A DNA stretch of 63,459 nt from an uncultured virus (IMG/VR IMGVR_UViG_3300027581_000001) (lineage: Duplodnaviria; Heunggongvirae; Uroviricota; Caudoviricetes; Kyanoviridae), in IMG/VR virus record IMGVR_UViG_3300027581_000001, one strand, 5' to 3'. Positions 37,501 to 47,400 of this stretch are shown here, piece by piece; the stretch's first letter is position 1; each line of letters begins with the position of its first letter. Under the pieces are notes generated by a model. The model had not been told where the DNA came from, did not search any database, and saw nothing but the letters and a program-made list of their open reading frames with translations. A program made the position numbers and the translations under genes.

Positions 37501-40500
37501 GACCTTCTTTATGATTTGATTGCGATACTCTAAATCTTATTTCTACAGGTGAAGATGAAATCGGTCCTAATCCAGTAGATCCAACTTTTCCAACCACAGT
37601 TTCTCCAACTTGAAATACACCAGAAAGCATATTGATTTCTAATAATTTAGGAACACAATACTTCGTTACATCAATGTTATCAAAGAATGCATAAATTTGA
37701 GTAAGTGGCTTTAATTTTTTACTAATAAATTGAATATTACGAGATCTCATAGACGCAATAACATCTCTACTTACGGTTCTATCACCAACAGATGTTGTAT
37801 CAAATTGTTCAGTAATTATTGTTCTAACACCAGATCTGTTTGATATTCCAGTATCCTTAACTTCTCTAAGTGTTTCTTCAATAGTAGTTGAGGCATCTAC
37901 TGTACCAAAAGTTGGTCGTGGTACACCGTCATTACCCCAATCAGGTTTTGGAACATCTGCTGGTCCAACATTATTAACTGTTGTTCTTGTTGTTTCTGTA
38001 ATTTCTTGTCCTATCCAATTATCAACCCAAGAATTCCAAGTTGTAGGAGAAAACCCTGTTTGTGGGTCAACATTAAGAGTTCTTCCTACAAGGGCAAGAG
38101 TTTCTGCATAATTTCCTTGTGTATTGATAATTTTTGCTTCAGTTCTTACAGTATCTACCCAGGTATCAGATGCCGGAGTTAATTCTAATGTACCTTGCCA
38201 AAAACTAATCAGAAAAGGAGTAACACTTTCCGATCTTGTTGCAAAAGTTTGTTGTAACCACAAAACCTCCGCATAATCCAAAGTAATAATGTCACTAGTT
38301 TTTCTAACATTAACTCCTTCAACTGGAGAAAATGCTAGATCAAATGTTGGATCTACGTTTTGTACTGGACCAAAACTCAAATCAACAGAACTCGTATAAT
38401 GTGCTGGTCTTAATTCTTTATTTTTTCCATCTATACTATTTTTAATTTCAATACTAGTTTCTTGTGCTAATATTGTGGTAAAATTATCTACAAAAAATCC
38501 AGATTTAAATCTATTTAATCCTGCAGAATCTGGAACAAAGAGATTGGCAGTATTTGTTTCAAGCAAAGATAGTGAAGTATAATATTCTAAATTTTTAATT
38601 CTATTTTCAAGTTGTCTAATATCTACCGCTCGATATCTTTTATGTTCTAAAAATTGAAGAGATATTTGTGACGTTGAATATGTATATGGTGGGAACGTAA
38701 TAACGCCTATCTCAAGAGCGTCGTCCACAGAATCTGGTTTTTGGGGACTTTCTGCTGGAGTTCCATATTTAACTATAAATTTTCCATCTTTTGTTAAGAA
38801 AATTCTATCAATTCTCCCCAGATAGAAAGAAAAATCAGTCAAAATTTGTTCATCTGATGCAAGAATATTTGCTGCAGAGTTGCCAGAAGAATTGAAAGTT
38901 CTTCCTAAAAATTCAAAAGGTGACCTTGCATTCTCAGAAACTGTATAAGGAGAAACTCTTGGTCGGATATCAATAATATCTGATATACTGTTACTATCAA
39001 CAACCGATAACTCAGATCCATAATCAAATGTGCTATATGAGTTTATTGTTGTAATATCACCATCATCCGAAGAACCATAAAAACCACTTGTAAAATAAAC
39101 TATTATTTTTTTATTCGGTTCCACTGCATTTGATTTTCTTTTAATTGTCCCATAATCATAAAAAGATCCTTTTTGTCCAGATGAAAATGTATAGTTAAAA
39201 GAAATATTAAAACTTGATGAATCTAAAGCAACAATTACTGCTTGAATTTTAGATTCTCTAAAATATACAGATTGTCCTTCTCTAAAAGTATTTTCATTTT
39301 TTGGAATAAAGGATATTTGTACTGCACTTAATCTTTCTGCAACAATACCAATAGGACCTCCACCTTCTCCTACAATTTCTTCTCCAATTATTAAATCAGA
39401 GGTTGTATTGGTTGGTCCATTAAGATTTGAAAAAACCATTTTTGGTGCAGAAGGATTCTCAGTATCTGCTGATTCAAAAATACCATGAATTTCAATAACA
39501 TCAGGTACATTTAATGAAATATTTTTGTCTTGTACTCTAGTTCCAAAAGCATAATTTCCATATGTAAGACCATCGTCCAATGTTGTTGCTCCAACACCAG
39601 ACCCTGCATTTATTGATTTATTGATAATAACACTATTAACTCTATTTTTTATTTTTTGTTTTGCTTTTGGTTTAATTTTTCTTATGGTCGTTGTTAGTCT
39701 TGCTCCGGCATCGTTAGAACCCAAATTAAAAATTTGAAGTTCTGTCCCACCACTAAGAAACAAAAACCTATCTGACGTTAACAGTTCGGTAGAACCATCA
39801 GATCTTATTAATGAATATCTTTCTTCATCAAAAGGTAAAAATGTTTCATTTTCTCCTGCAACAACTGAAGAAGAAAGCTGATTAGATATAATATTGACAT
39901 TAAAAGATTTTCTAATAGATAAAACAGCATTTGTTAATTCTACTGAAGAAATATTATTTTTTGGAAGTTTTGTATATAAAGTATTATCTGATGAAGATGC
40001 TAAATTAGTTCCCAATACTTTTAAATCTGAAACTGAAAGTAATGAAGTTGGAAATTCACCAACACATACTCCAGGAACCTCTGCAATTTCAATAGAAGGA
40101 CCTAAAGGATCAATTACTCCACCAATTTGAATTGACGATTCTCCTACAGATATAACTTTTCCATAAAAAGGATCTACGGTACTTCCTGTTGCATAAGAAA
40201 TTATATTGTCTTTTTTAATTGTTCCTGGAAACAATTTATTTGGTGATATTATATCATTTGTAAATAATAAGTTGCTAAAATTTACTGGACTTCCTGTAAT
40301 TAAAGAAGAAATAGTCGTGAATTCTAAAACAGTTCCAATTCCAATTGCAAAAGATACTGTACTCCCGGTTCCAATAGTAATAAATGTTGTACCTACACCG
40401 ACAACAGACAATCCACGATTTATACGAGATATTATAATATTTGTACCAGCAATTAATGAAGAAACATTGTTAAATCTCATGACTTCTCCAATTTCAATCG

Positions 40501-42853
40501 CAGAAGATATTGTACTTCCGGTTCCAATAGTAATAAATGTTGTGCCTACACCGACGACAGACAATCCAAAATTTATACGAGATATTGTAACGGCAGTTCC
40601 TACTGAAATTGTAGAAGATATTGTACTTCCAGTTCCAATAGTAATAAATGTTGCACCTAAACCAACAATAGGAGCATTTGTAATTGCAGCTCCAACACTA
40701 ATAGAATTTCCTATGGCAACTCCAGAAAGATTTGTAACAAATATTTGTGTTGATCCAATACCAACAAAAGAAGAAATTGTTGTAACTACAGGTGGCCTTA
40801 CAATATTAAAAGAACTTCCAATAGAAATTTCTGTGGTGGGTGAAACAAACAACACAGTAGATCCTATACCCACACTCCCAGTAAGTTGTAAATTAAGTAA
40901 ACTTCCTGTTGTAGATCCTGTTCCAATAGTTATAAATGTAGATCCAACACCAGTTACAAATGCATTTGTAACTTCAGAATCAGATCCAATAGTAACAGAA
41001 CTTCCTACAGATACTCCAGAAGTGTCATCTACAAAAATCTGAGTTGATCCTATACCAATTGTTGATGTAACAGTAGTTCCTAAGAAATCAATATTTGAAT
41101 TATACGCAAGAGGAGAAATTGTTGCAAATCCAATAAAAGATGAGGTTGATTGAATAGTATCAGCAGAAAATATAAATCCTCCTCCCAGTGTACCATAGAC
41201 TGATTTAATATCAGAAATATTATATGATGTAACTGCAGTTGCTACTCTATTACCAGAAATCCCATTAAAAAGTAATGGATCATCTTTTGAAAAATTACCA
41301 CTTATATCATATAAGGTGATTAAATTCTTTGCACTAACTGCATCTTTAAGAAACCCAGTTGCCCCACTATTTTTTCCTTCAACAAAAGTTGGAACTGCTA
41401 GTGTAATAGGCTCATTCAGACTAATTTCAACAGTAGTTTGAACATCATATAAAGAAAGACTCCATTCATTTAAGTGCGTCAATGTAGTTCTATATGATCC
41501 AGATTCTAGCTTAAAATCATATACTCTAGCAACACCTATTTCCTTACCAGGTACAGTGGTTTGATTATCACCAACTCTCTCATTTCTTAAACTTAATACA
41601 TACGTATTTCCAATTCCAATTAGAGGAGCTCCATAAACTCTATTTAAAAATAATGTAGGTCCTGTATTATAATTAATTGATTGATTTTCTAGAGTTTTAA
41701 CAGTTCTTGGTTTTGGTACATCTAAAAATGTTGAATTAATCGTTTCTACTTCATACCCCATAATGAATGCTCTACCTGGGGATACTTGATAAATTGATAG
41801 AGCATCAGATGGAGTTAGTCCACTAGAAGTAAACTGACCAATTTGATAAATACCCTGATTTCCTCTATTATTATTTAAAGACTCTTTTACTGAAACATCA
41901 AATGGAGTATGAACAGAATTTCCAAATTGAGCATGAAATCTTTTTGCTAATACATCATTAATTATAGAATATTCAGATGATTTTACTAAGGTTTTTAAAA
42001 CACCATCAGTTATAGTTGTTAATTCTACAAAATTATTATCATCATAATCATTTAAACTCTTTTTAAATAATGATGTTGTAATTTTTAATCTATCTGCACC
42101 AGGTGCCGCATAATTATTAAATCCTTGTGAGTTATCATTTAGTCTTTGATCAATATCTGAGTTAATAATTTGTTCATTTACAAACAAACCAACTCTATAG
42201 CTTGGTTTATTACTATATTGCTCAAGAATCAAAGTTTCGGTATCTACATTTACAAAATTTCCACGAATAAAATAAACACCATTTGTAATGTTAAAAGCAG
42301 ATCCAATTGCTGCAGCATTTTTTGCAATAGTTGTTGCAAAAGGTTGACCTGAAGCAATAGTAGTATTTCCTAAAAGACTGGAAGTAATTTGTATATCTGC
42401 AATTAATGATTCTCCATCAGCAAATATTTCAGTTATATTATTCTGAGAACTTGAACTCAAGTAATTAATGTAAAGAGTGAGATTTCCTCTTTCCGATTCT
42501 TGTGAAGAAAGAACTTTATCTACAATTGCAGTTACACTAGAATTTGCCCCAGTAATTTTAACTCCAACAAGTTGATTTACATATGCTTCAACAGGGACTC
42601 CCAGAAAAGTATTTTCAAGTTGAATACAATAGTATAATTGTGTGTACCCAGTATTTCCCGGTATTACTTTAGCACCTTCTTTAAAAAAATGTTGCCCAAA
42701 CTTTTCAATTTGATTTTGAAGAATTGATTGAAGAGTTGTTAATTCTCTTGCCTGGACAGGAGTTCCGGGTTTAAAAAGAACTTTATGATAGTCATTATTT
42801 GCATTAAAGTCATCAAAATACGGTGCTACATTGAGATTAGTTTGCTGAGACAT
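34523..42853 (-). CDS. Large virion structural protein (DUF4815/VrlC-like, baseplate-associated)
   Basis: TNLNVAPYFDDF...VLFKPG..VQARELT.LQSILQNQ, APGADRLKI, NRFKSGFFVDNF, DPLAQSF; follows gp8. Confidence 0.85.
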   Translation of the reverse strand: MSQQTNLNVAPYFDDFNANNDYHKVLFKPGTPVQARELTTLQSILQNQIEKFGQHFFKEGAKVIPGNTGYTQLYYCIQLENTFLGVPVEAYVNQLVGVKITGANSSVTAIVDKVLSSQESERGNLTLYINYLSSSSQNNITEIFADGESLIADIQITSSLLGNTTIASGQPFATTIAKNAAAIGSAFNITNGVYFIRGNFVNVDTETLILEQYSNKPSYRVGLFVNEQIINSDIDQRLNDNSQGFNNYAAPGADRLKITTSLFKKSLNDYDDNNFVELTTITDGVLKTLVKSSEYSIINDVLAKRFHAQFGNSVHTPFDVSVKESLNNNRGNQGIYQIGQFTSSGLTPSDALSIYQVSPGRAFIMGYEVETINSTFLDVPKPRTVKTLENQSINYNTGPTLFLNRVYGAPLIGIGNTYVLSLRNERVGDNQTTVPGKEIGVARVYDFKLESGSYRTTLTHLNEWSLSLYDVQTTVEISLNEPITLAVPTFVEGKNSGATGFLKDAVSAKNLITLYDISGNFSKDDPLLFNGISGNRVATAVTSYNISDIKSVYGTLGGGFIFSADTIQSTSSFIGFATISPLAYNSNIDFLGTTVTSTIGIGSTQIFVDDTSGVSVGSSVTIGSDSEVTNAFVTGVGSTFITIGTGSTTGSLLNLQLTGSVGIGSTVLFVSPTTEISIGSSFNIVRPPVVTTISSFVGIGSTQIFVTNLSGVAIGNSISVGAAITNAPIVGLGATFITIGTGSTISSTISVGTAVTISRINFGLSVVGVGTTFITIGTGSTISSAIEIGEVMRFNNVSSLIAGTNIIISRINRGLSVVGVGTTFITIGTGSTVSFAIGIGTVLEFTTISSLITGSPVNFSNLLFTNDIISPNKLFPGTIKKDNIISYATGSTVDPFYGKVISVGESSIQIGGVIDPLGPSIEIAEVPGVCVGEFPTSLLSVSDLKVLGTNLASSSDNTLYTKLPKNNISSVELTNAVLSIRKSFNVNIISNQLSSSVVAGENETFLPFDEERYSLIRSDGSTELLTSDRFLFLSGGTELQIFNLGSNDAGARLTTTIRKIKPKAKQKIKNRVNSVIINKSINAGSGVGATTLDDGLTYGNYAFGTRVQDKNISLNVPDVIEIHGIFESADTENPSAPKMVFSNLNGPTNTTSDLIIGEEIVGEGGGPIGIVAERLSAVQISFIPKNENTFREGQSVYFRESKIQAVIVALDSSSFNISFNYTFSSGQKGSFYDYGTIKRKSNAVEPNKKIIVYFTSGFYGSSDDGDITTINSYSTFDYGSELSVVDSNSISDIIDIRPRVSPYTVSENARSPFEFLGRTFNSSGNSAANILASDEQILTDFSFYLGRIDRIFLTKDGKFIVKYGTPAESPQKPDSVDDALEIGVITFPPYTYSTSQISLQFLEHKRYRAVDIRQLENRIKNLEYYTSLSLLETNTANLFVPDSAGLNRFKSGFFVDNFTTILAQETSIEIKNSIDGKNKELRPAHYTSSVDLSFGPVQNVDPTFDLAFSPVEGVNVRKTSDIITLDYAEVLWLQQTFATRSESVTPFLISFWQGTLELTPASDTWVDTVRTEAKIINTQGNYAETLALVGRTLNVDPQTGFSPTTWNSWVDNWIGQEITETTRTTVNNVGPADVPKPDWGNDGVPRPTFGTVDASTTIEETLREVKDTGISNRSGVRTIITEQFDTTSVGDRTVSRDVIASMRSRNIQFISKKLKPLTQIYAFFDNIDVTKYCVPKLLEINMLSGVFQVGETVVGKVGSTGLGPISSSPVEIRFRVSQSNHKEGPYNSPNTTFSQNPYTNQTLQPNYSSTSNILNVDTFSLSNEPQGTFSGYVESGMELVGQTSGAQAIITNIKLIPDVSSTLIGSFFIPNPNIGIHPRFQAGNKTFTLVNNDLNDQNLASTIAEEGFLSSGILETVQENIISIRNARIENKQEFEERSLSRTTGTQVVGSRVIAQTQRQGIIGWYDPLAQSFLIDDEVGLFLTRCDVFFRSKDDMDIPVTFQLRTMLNGFPTQNVIPFSEVVIEPNQVQTSGDGSIATPIRFKAPVYLEGGKEYCMCLASNSTKYSVYISRIGETDLLTQSFISNQPYLGSLFKSQNASTWEASQWEDLKFNLYRADFIDSGTVEVYSPELSRGNKQIAQLMPNSLNFTSRKIRLSLGANLTDGFLTLGNTVLQSGTNASGNYVGSAGAATDTLNIINAGIGYTPSSGEQLFTGISLQTITGSGRNAVGSILINGGKVINADITSGGTGYQIGDVLGISNIGATNVGINARLSVKSVIDINQIILDNVQGEFVVGAGKSITYIKSGVGEINLNGTTVLVNEIITETDGLHVKVDHRNHGMYSRDNLVTISNVKSDINPTKLTAQLAADFTGSISVDDSSAFSAFENVGVGTTNPGYAIIGNEIISYTLVSGASISGTIVRGLEGSTPKTHPIGTQIHKYEINGISLRRINKTHDLNNVTVSNPITFDSYDIKIDGSIDGVNRSVGTSFPVLYANQTKSTGGNNIAATQNMPFEIITPMVHNVTVQGTSLSAEVRTITGSSISGDEVSFRNNGFEPITINIPNYLSSTRIIASKVNESNKLSNLKGNRSINMRLRLDTVNSKVSPVLDTQRISAILTSNRVNSAISNYATDARVNSIDPDPSACQYISKEITLESPASSIKIILDAYINLYHDIRAFYAVSENNNFNPIFIPFPGYKNINAEGEIIDIKDSDGSSDKFVSLSNSIGFASPELDYKERTFTANIQAPFRSYRIKLIMTSTNQVYVPRVRNLRVITLA
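40351..40660. repeat. Intragenic direct repeats encoding GLSVVGVGTTFITIGTGST
   Basis: 40351-40433 matches 40504-40586 at 77/83 nt; a third partial copy starts at 40615. Confidence 0.85.
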
Positions 42854-42859
42854 AATTTT

Positions 42860-44410
42860 TTAGAATTGCAAAATGACTTTAATATCTTCTTTTTGGTTTG
42901 ATGATCTTGTAATAGATGGTCTATTATCTACATAAATTATATTTCCAGAATATTTTGTTGTTTCTGGATTTGCAAGACCATTTGTAAACGATTGTCCGAG
43001 GTAATACGTTCTATTATTTATCACAGTAGATAAACCTGTAAATGAAGTATCAATAGTTAAATTAGATGAACCTCCAACGATTGAAACACTTCCACCACTA
43101 CCAGGAGAATTTGTAAAATTAACTTTGCCAAACCCATATGTTGGATTTGTTATTGCAACTCCGACTGCTGAAAATCCTGAATTAGATCTATCTTGCCAAT
43201 ATTTTAAGACACCAGTTACTTGATCATAACTAATGACTCTACCAACAGCAGTAGTTGCTGTAGACACTGTTTGTGTAATAAGTGAGTCTGGAGTAAAAAT
43301 TGCAGAATTAACTCCAATTCCAGTTAATTTAAGTGCGTAAACAGCACTTGCTTTATCTAAGGTTAAAATTGAAGACGAATTAAATGATGTTGGATTTTGT
43401 ACAATTCCCACTCTTGCAATTTGATTTCCTGTAATAAAATCTGGATTTTCGACATCATTTTCAATTCTAGAATACATCAAAACATTATATGCACCCAATT
43501 CCCTATAGATATCTTTTCCATGCCCCCCTTTAGGTGATATAATTACATCAAATGTTGGTTTAGTAGTTCCAGTAGGAACATTTCCTGCAACTAAATCAAC
43601 AGTACCAAAAGTATATCCAAAACCTTGATTTGATATTACAACTGATTCTACTTTTTGGTCATTATCAACAACTACAGTGCATTCTGCTCCTGTACCATCA
43701 CCTTGAATAGGAACTCTTGTATAAGTTTTATTGGCAGATCCTACAGAAATTCCTCTATTTGTAATTGTTATAATTTTTATAGATCCATCAACTGCATTAT
43801 TTCTAACTGAAGCATTATCGGATCCTGTCTCCCAATCTATAGGAACCGGCATAAAATCAGTGGATTCAAATTTAATAATATCAATAGGTTTAATAGTATA
43901 AAGGTACTTCCAAACATATCCATCACCACTAGATCCTGCTGCTCTTGGTTCTAAATCAGTGAATAATGGTTCATCAAGTGAAGATCTACCATTCGGACTA
44001 TCAGAACTTGTTCCATTCTGTAAGCAAATATAAACTCTATAATCACTATTTAAGATATAATATGATGATAAATATAAATTAGTTGCACCAGAAACTTTTG
44101 CAGTGTTTGATCTACTATAGTCATGACGATACATATCAAAAGTTGTACCAGAAGACCAAAAACGTTTCTGAACCACCTGTCGAACATCACTTGAATTAAT
44201 TTTTTTTAATCCAATCATAGTATCCCAATAGTCATTTTCCTCATTAAAATTATCTTTTGGTGATGGGGGATTTGTATCCCAATCAGATTGAATATTGGTG
44301 GGATTTGGTAGACCAACAAAAGAATAATAAGAATTTACTGAAGAAGTTACTCCTGCAACAAAATTCTTTGCATTTAATATTCTAATTTGGTCGGTTATAA
44401 TTGCTGCCAT
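42860..44410 (-). CDS. gp8: Baseplate wedge subunit
   Basis: AIITDQ.RI.NA, VYICL.N, DGYVWKYLY, YVDNR..ITR...QKEDIK. Confidence 0.92.
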   Translation of the reverse strand: MAAIITDQIRILNAKNFVAGVTSSVNSYYSFVGLPNPTNIQSDWDTNPPSPKDNFNEENDYWDTMIGLKKINSSDVRQVVQKRFWSSGTTFDMYRHDYSRSNTAKVSGATNLYLSSYYILNSDYRVYICLQNGTSSDSPNGRSSLDEPLFTDLEPRAAGSSGDGYVWKYLYTIKPIDIIKFESTDFMPVPIDWETGSDNASVRNNAVDGSIKIITITNRGISVGSANKTYTRVPIQGDGTGAECTVVVDNDQKVESVVISNQGFGYTFGTVDLVAGNVPTGTTKPTFDVIISPKGGHGKDIYRELGAYNVLMYSRIENDVENPDFITGNQIARVGIVQNPTSFNSSSILTLDKASAVYALKLTGIGVNSAIFTPDSLITQTVSTATTAVGRVISYDQVTGVLKYWQDRSNSGFSAVGVAITNPTYGFGKVNFTNSPGSGGSVSIVGGSSNLTIDTSFTGLSTVINNRTYYLGQSFTNGLANPETTKYSGNIIYVDNRPSITRSSNQKEDIKVILQF

Positions 44411-44453
44411 TTTATGATAGTTTTTTATTATTTATTTAAGTAATAACATAGTT

Positions 44454-47400
44454 TTAAAATTTAAGTGGAAGAGTTCTCTTAACAACACCAGAAGTTGAAA
44501 TTCCGCCCACTCCAACATTTCCATAGAAATTGTAAGTGTTTTCTTTAGACCTCGATGTTAATTCAATTTTTCCCCAACTAAAGTTACCAAAACTAATTGA
44601 AGTGGTTCCTATTCCTACTCCCAAATATCCACTAATTGTTGATATACCACTAACTATTGCACTAACTCTTCTTACAGTAGTTGTTGCACTGCCAACTGTT
44701 GCAATTCCAATCGCAGTGTTTGCAACACTTACATTGCTTACACTTTTTACTTGATAAACATTATTAATAAAATTGGTTCCAATTCCTATGATATTATTAC
44801 TAGTATCTCTTGATGTTATTGATGTTGTTGCAAAACCAATATTTGAATCATAAACTAAGAAGTAATCACCAGTTCCAATACCACTAACTGTGAGTGCAGT
44901 TCCAGCAATAGAGGCATCTCTTAAATATGAATTAGTCGGAATATAAAAATCAAATATAATACCAGTTGCAGTAGTTCCAAATCCAACGATAACACCAGAA
45001 TCACCTGTATATGAAGCAACACCAACAGTCTCTTTGATCGTACTTGGTGATTCAATTAATACCTGTGGAGGAGTGGTGGATATATAACCACCCCCTCCAA
45101 ATGTAACTGCAATTCCTGTTACGACTCCTTCAGATACGGTCACAGATGTGAGAGTAGTATTTTGCGCTGCTGTGGTTCCAAATCCAATTGGTTGAGAAAT
45201 TGATACTGTTGGTGTGGTTGTATATCCAACTCCACCATTACTGATTACAATTGAAGTTACTGTTCCTGCAGTTGATACTATTGCGGTTGCAGATGCTCCA
45301 ACTTTATCATTTTGAGAAATAATGACAACTGAATTTTGGAATGCTAGTGAGTTGGGATTTGTGGATATTGTTTCATTTATTGGATTAAAAAATGGTCTTA
45401 TATTATCAACGTAAAGAATAGTGCTTCCAATTCCAACTGATTGAATTAAATATGATGTTGGAGTAATTCCAGCCTCATATAGAATTCTATCCTTTCCAAT
45501 TTGTATTTCATTAATAATCTTATCCTCAGTTTGTCTGCACCATGTTACAGGTCTTTCAAGAGTTTCGTCATTAACATTTCCTGGACCAAAATATGGGTTT
45601 GTTTTAACTAAATCTGTAGAATCAATTCGAGTAACTGTTCTTTCTTCTTCTTGAAGTCCTGGGAGTTGTCCACGATAAGAGTCATAATTAATTGTTAGTT
45701 CATCACCAACCTTAACGGTTTCTAGAATATTAACATCTACAACGTCAACAGACCCACTTCCACGATAGAAAATAATTTTTGAAGTATCCCCAATTTTTGG
45801 TGGTTCTGCAAATGTAATAATAGTGCCTCCTGGGAAAGTATATCCTTCACCAGGAACTTGCAAAATATCATTGATAAATACTAATAAAGTGTCTTGAATA
45901 TTAATATTCGATCCTCTGGCAGAACGAACAGAAATTAAATCGCCAGATAATTTTAGTTGGAAAGCAACAGTTTGTCCATTAAATTCAAAATCAAGAGGAT
46001 CAAGAACTTGAAGTTCTCCAATTGACCATCCAGTAAATTTATCAGCAAAAGTTTTTTGTATGGTTAGTTGGAATTCATTAAATGATGATCCTGTTGTTGG
46101 AATCCCAATTATACCTCCAATTGGAACAGTTAGAATTTGATTATCACCATAACCATATCCAGTGTTAATAATTTCAAAATCAATTATACTAGATCCTTGA
46201 CCAACAACAATATTAACTTTTGCTTGTGTACCAACACCCGAAGATCCTGAACTGTAAATAAGAGGAATATTTGAGTATGATAATGGGTCATCAAATATTA
46301 CATATGGCGGATTTGTAGATGTATATCCTGTGCCTGGATTTGTAATCGCAATACTTACAATTCTACCATTACTTACCGAAGCAGTTCCAATAAATTCAAT
46401 AGTTGGAGTGCTAGTTGAAGAAAGTGCAACACCAACTTTAACAACTTGAGCACCAGAACGATATCCAGATCCACTATTACCAATGCTGATTGCTGAAATA
46501 GTACCAGCAACTGAAACTGCTGCCGTCCCTCCCGCAGAAACTAAAGGTTGATATCCAAATCCTCCAGTTGATCCAACAGATACAATAATTCCACCTCTTG
46601 GAATACTTGCATTATTAACATCATAAGAAACTGAAGTTGCTGTTCCAGTAAAGGTAATTGAAGTTATTCCTACAGATTCTGATAAAGTATAATTATACGT
46701 TGATCCCGGACCTTGAAAAACGTCATTAATTAAAATAACTGCATTTTTAGTTGAAACATCAGATACATTAACACCATTAGATTTCAATGTAAATGTTTTA
46801 CCAATACCATTAAATCCTGCAGAAATATCGTCAAAAATGTAATTTTTACTATAAGTTTCCTCTGATGAGTTTGTAACTCCAGATCTTATAAAGGATCTTC
46901 CTTGGAATGACGATCCTGTTGATATACCAACCCAATCTCTCTCATCAGAACGATTTGTTGTACTGCTGAACGGAAGGTTTCCAAAAGGTGCTTCTACAAA
47001 ATTAAGAACATTATCAATTATATTATAATTGCCAGTTACCTTAGTGACCAGAAATCCTGTTGGATATCCAGCAACTGATGTTCCCAATCTTGGTCTACGA
47101 ACCTGAATAGCATTAGTGCTTCCAATACCAACACCATCAACTCTCATTACTTCATTACCAATTTTAATTAAATCTCCACCAAAGAAAGATGTAACTTGGT
47201 TGAGAAATATCTTATCGTCAGTTGTAAAGACATTAGTTGATAATGTTGTTGTAGTTGCAGTAGAAACTATTGGGGATTGAATAACATTATCAAGTGCTAA
47301 AATTACCCTTGCATTTTGATTTGTACTAACAAATCTATGCGAAGTTCCAATTCCGACACTAACAATATCTAAAGTTTTTGGTATATCTTTAAGAGCATCT

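Noticed and set aside
40351..40586. Repeat pair as a DGR template/variable repeat
   Set aside because: The mismatches are not confined to adenines, both copies are in-frame inside one gene, and no reverse transcriptase is in the window
40206..41042. 278-aa plus-strand ORF
   Set aside because: Antisense shadow of the Gly/Thr/Ile-rich repeat block of the 2776-aa gene; no RBS or promoter, and the composition mirrors the sense codons
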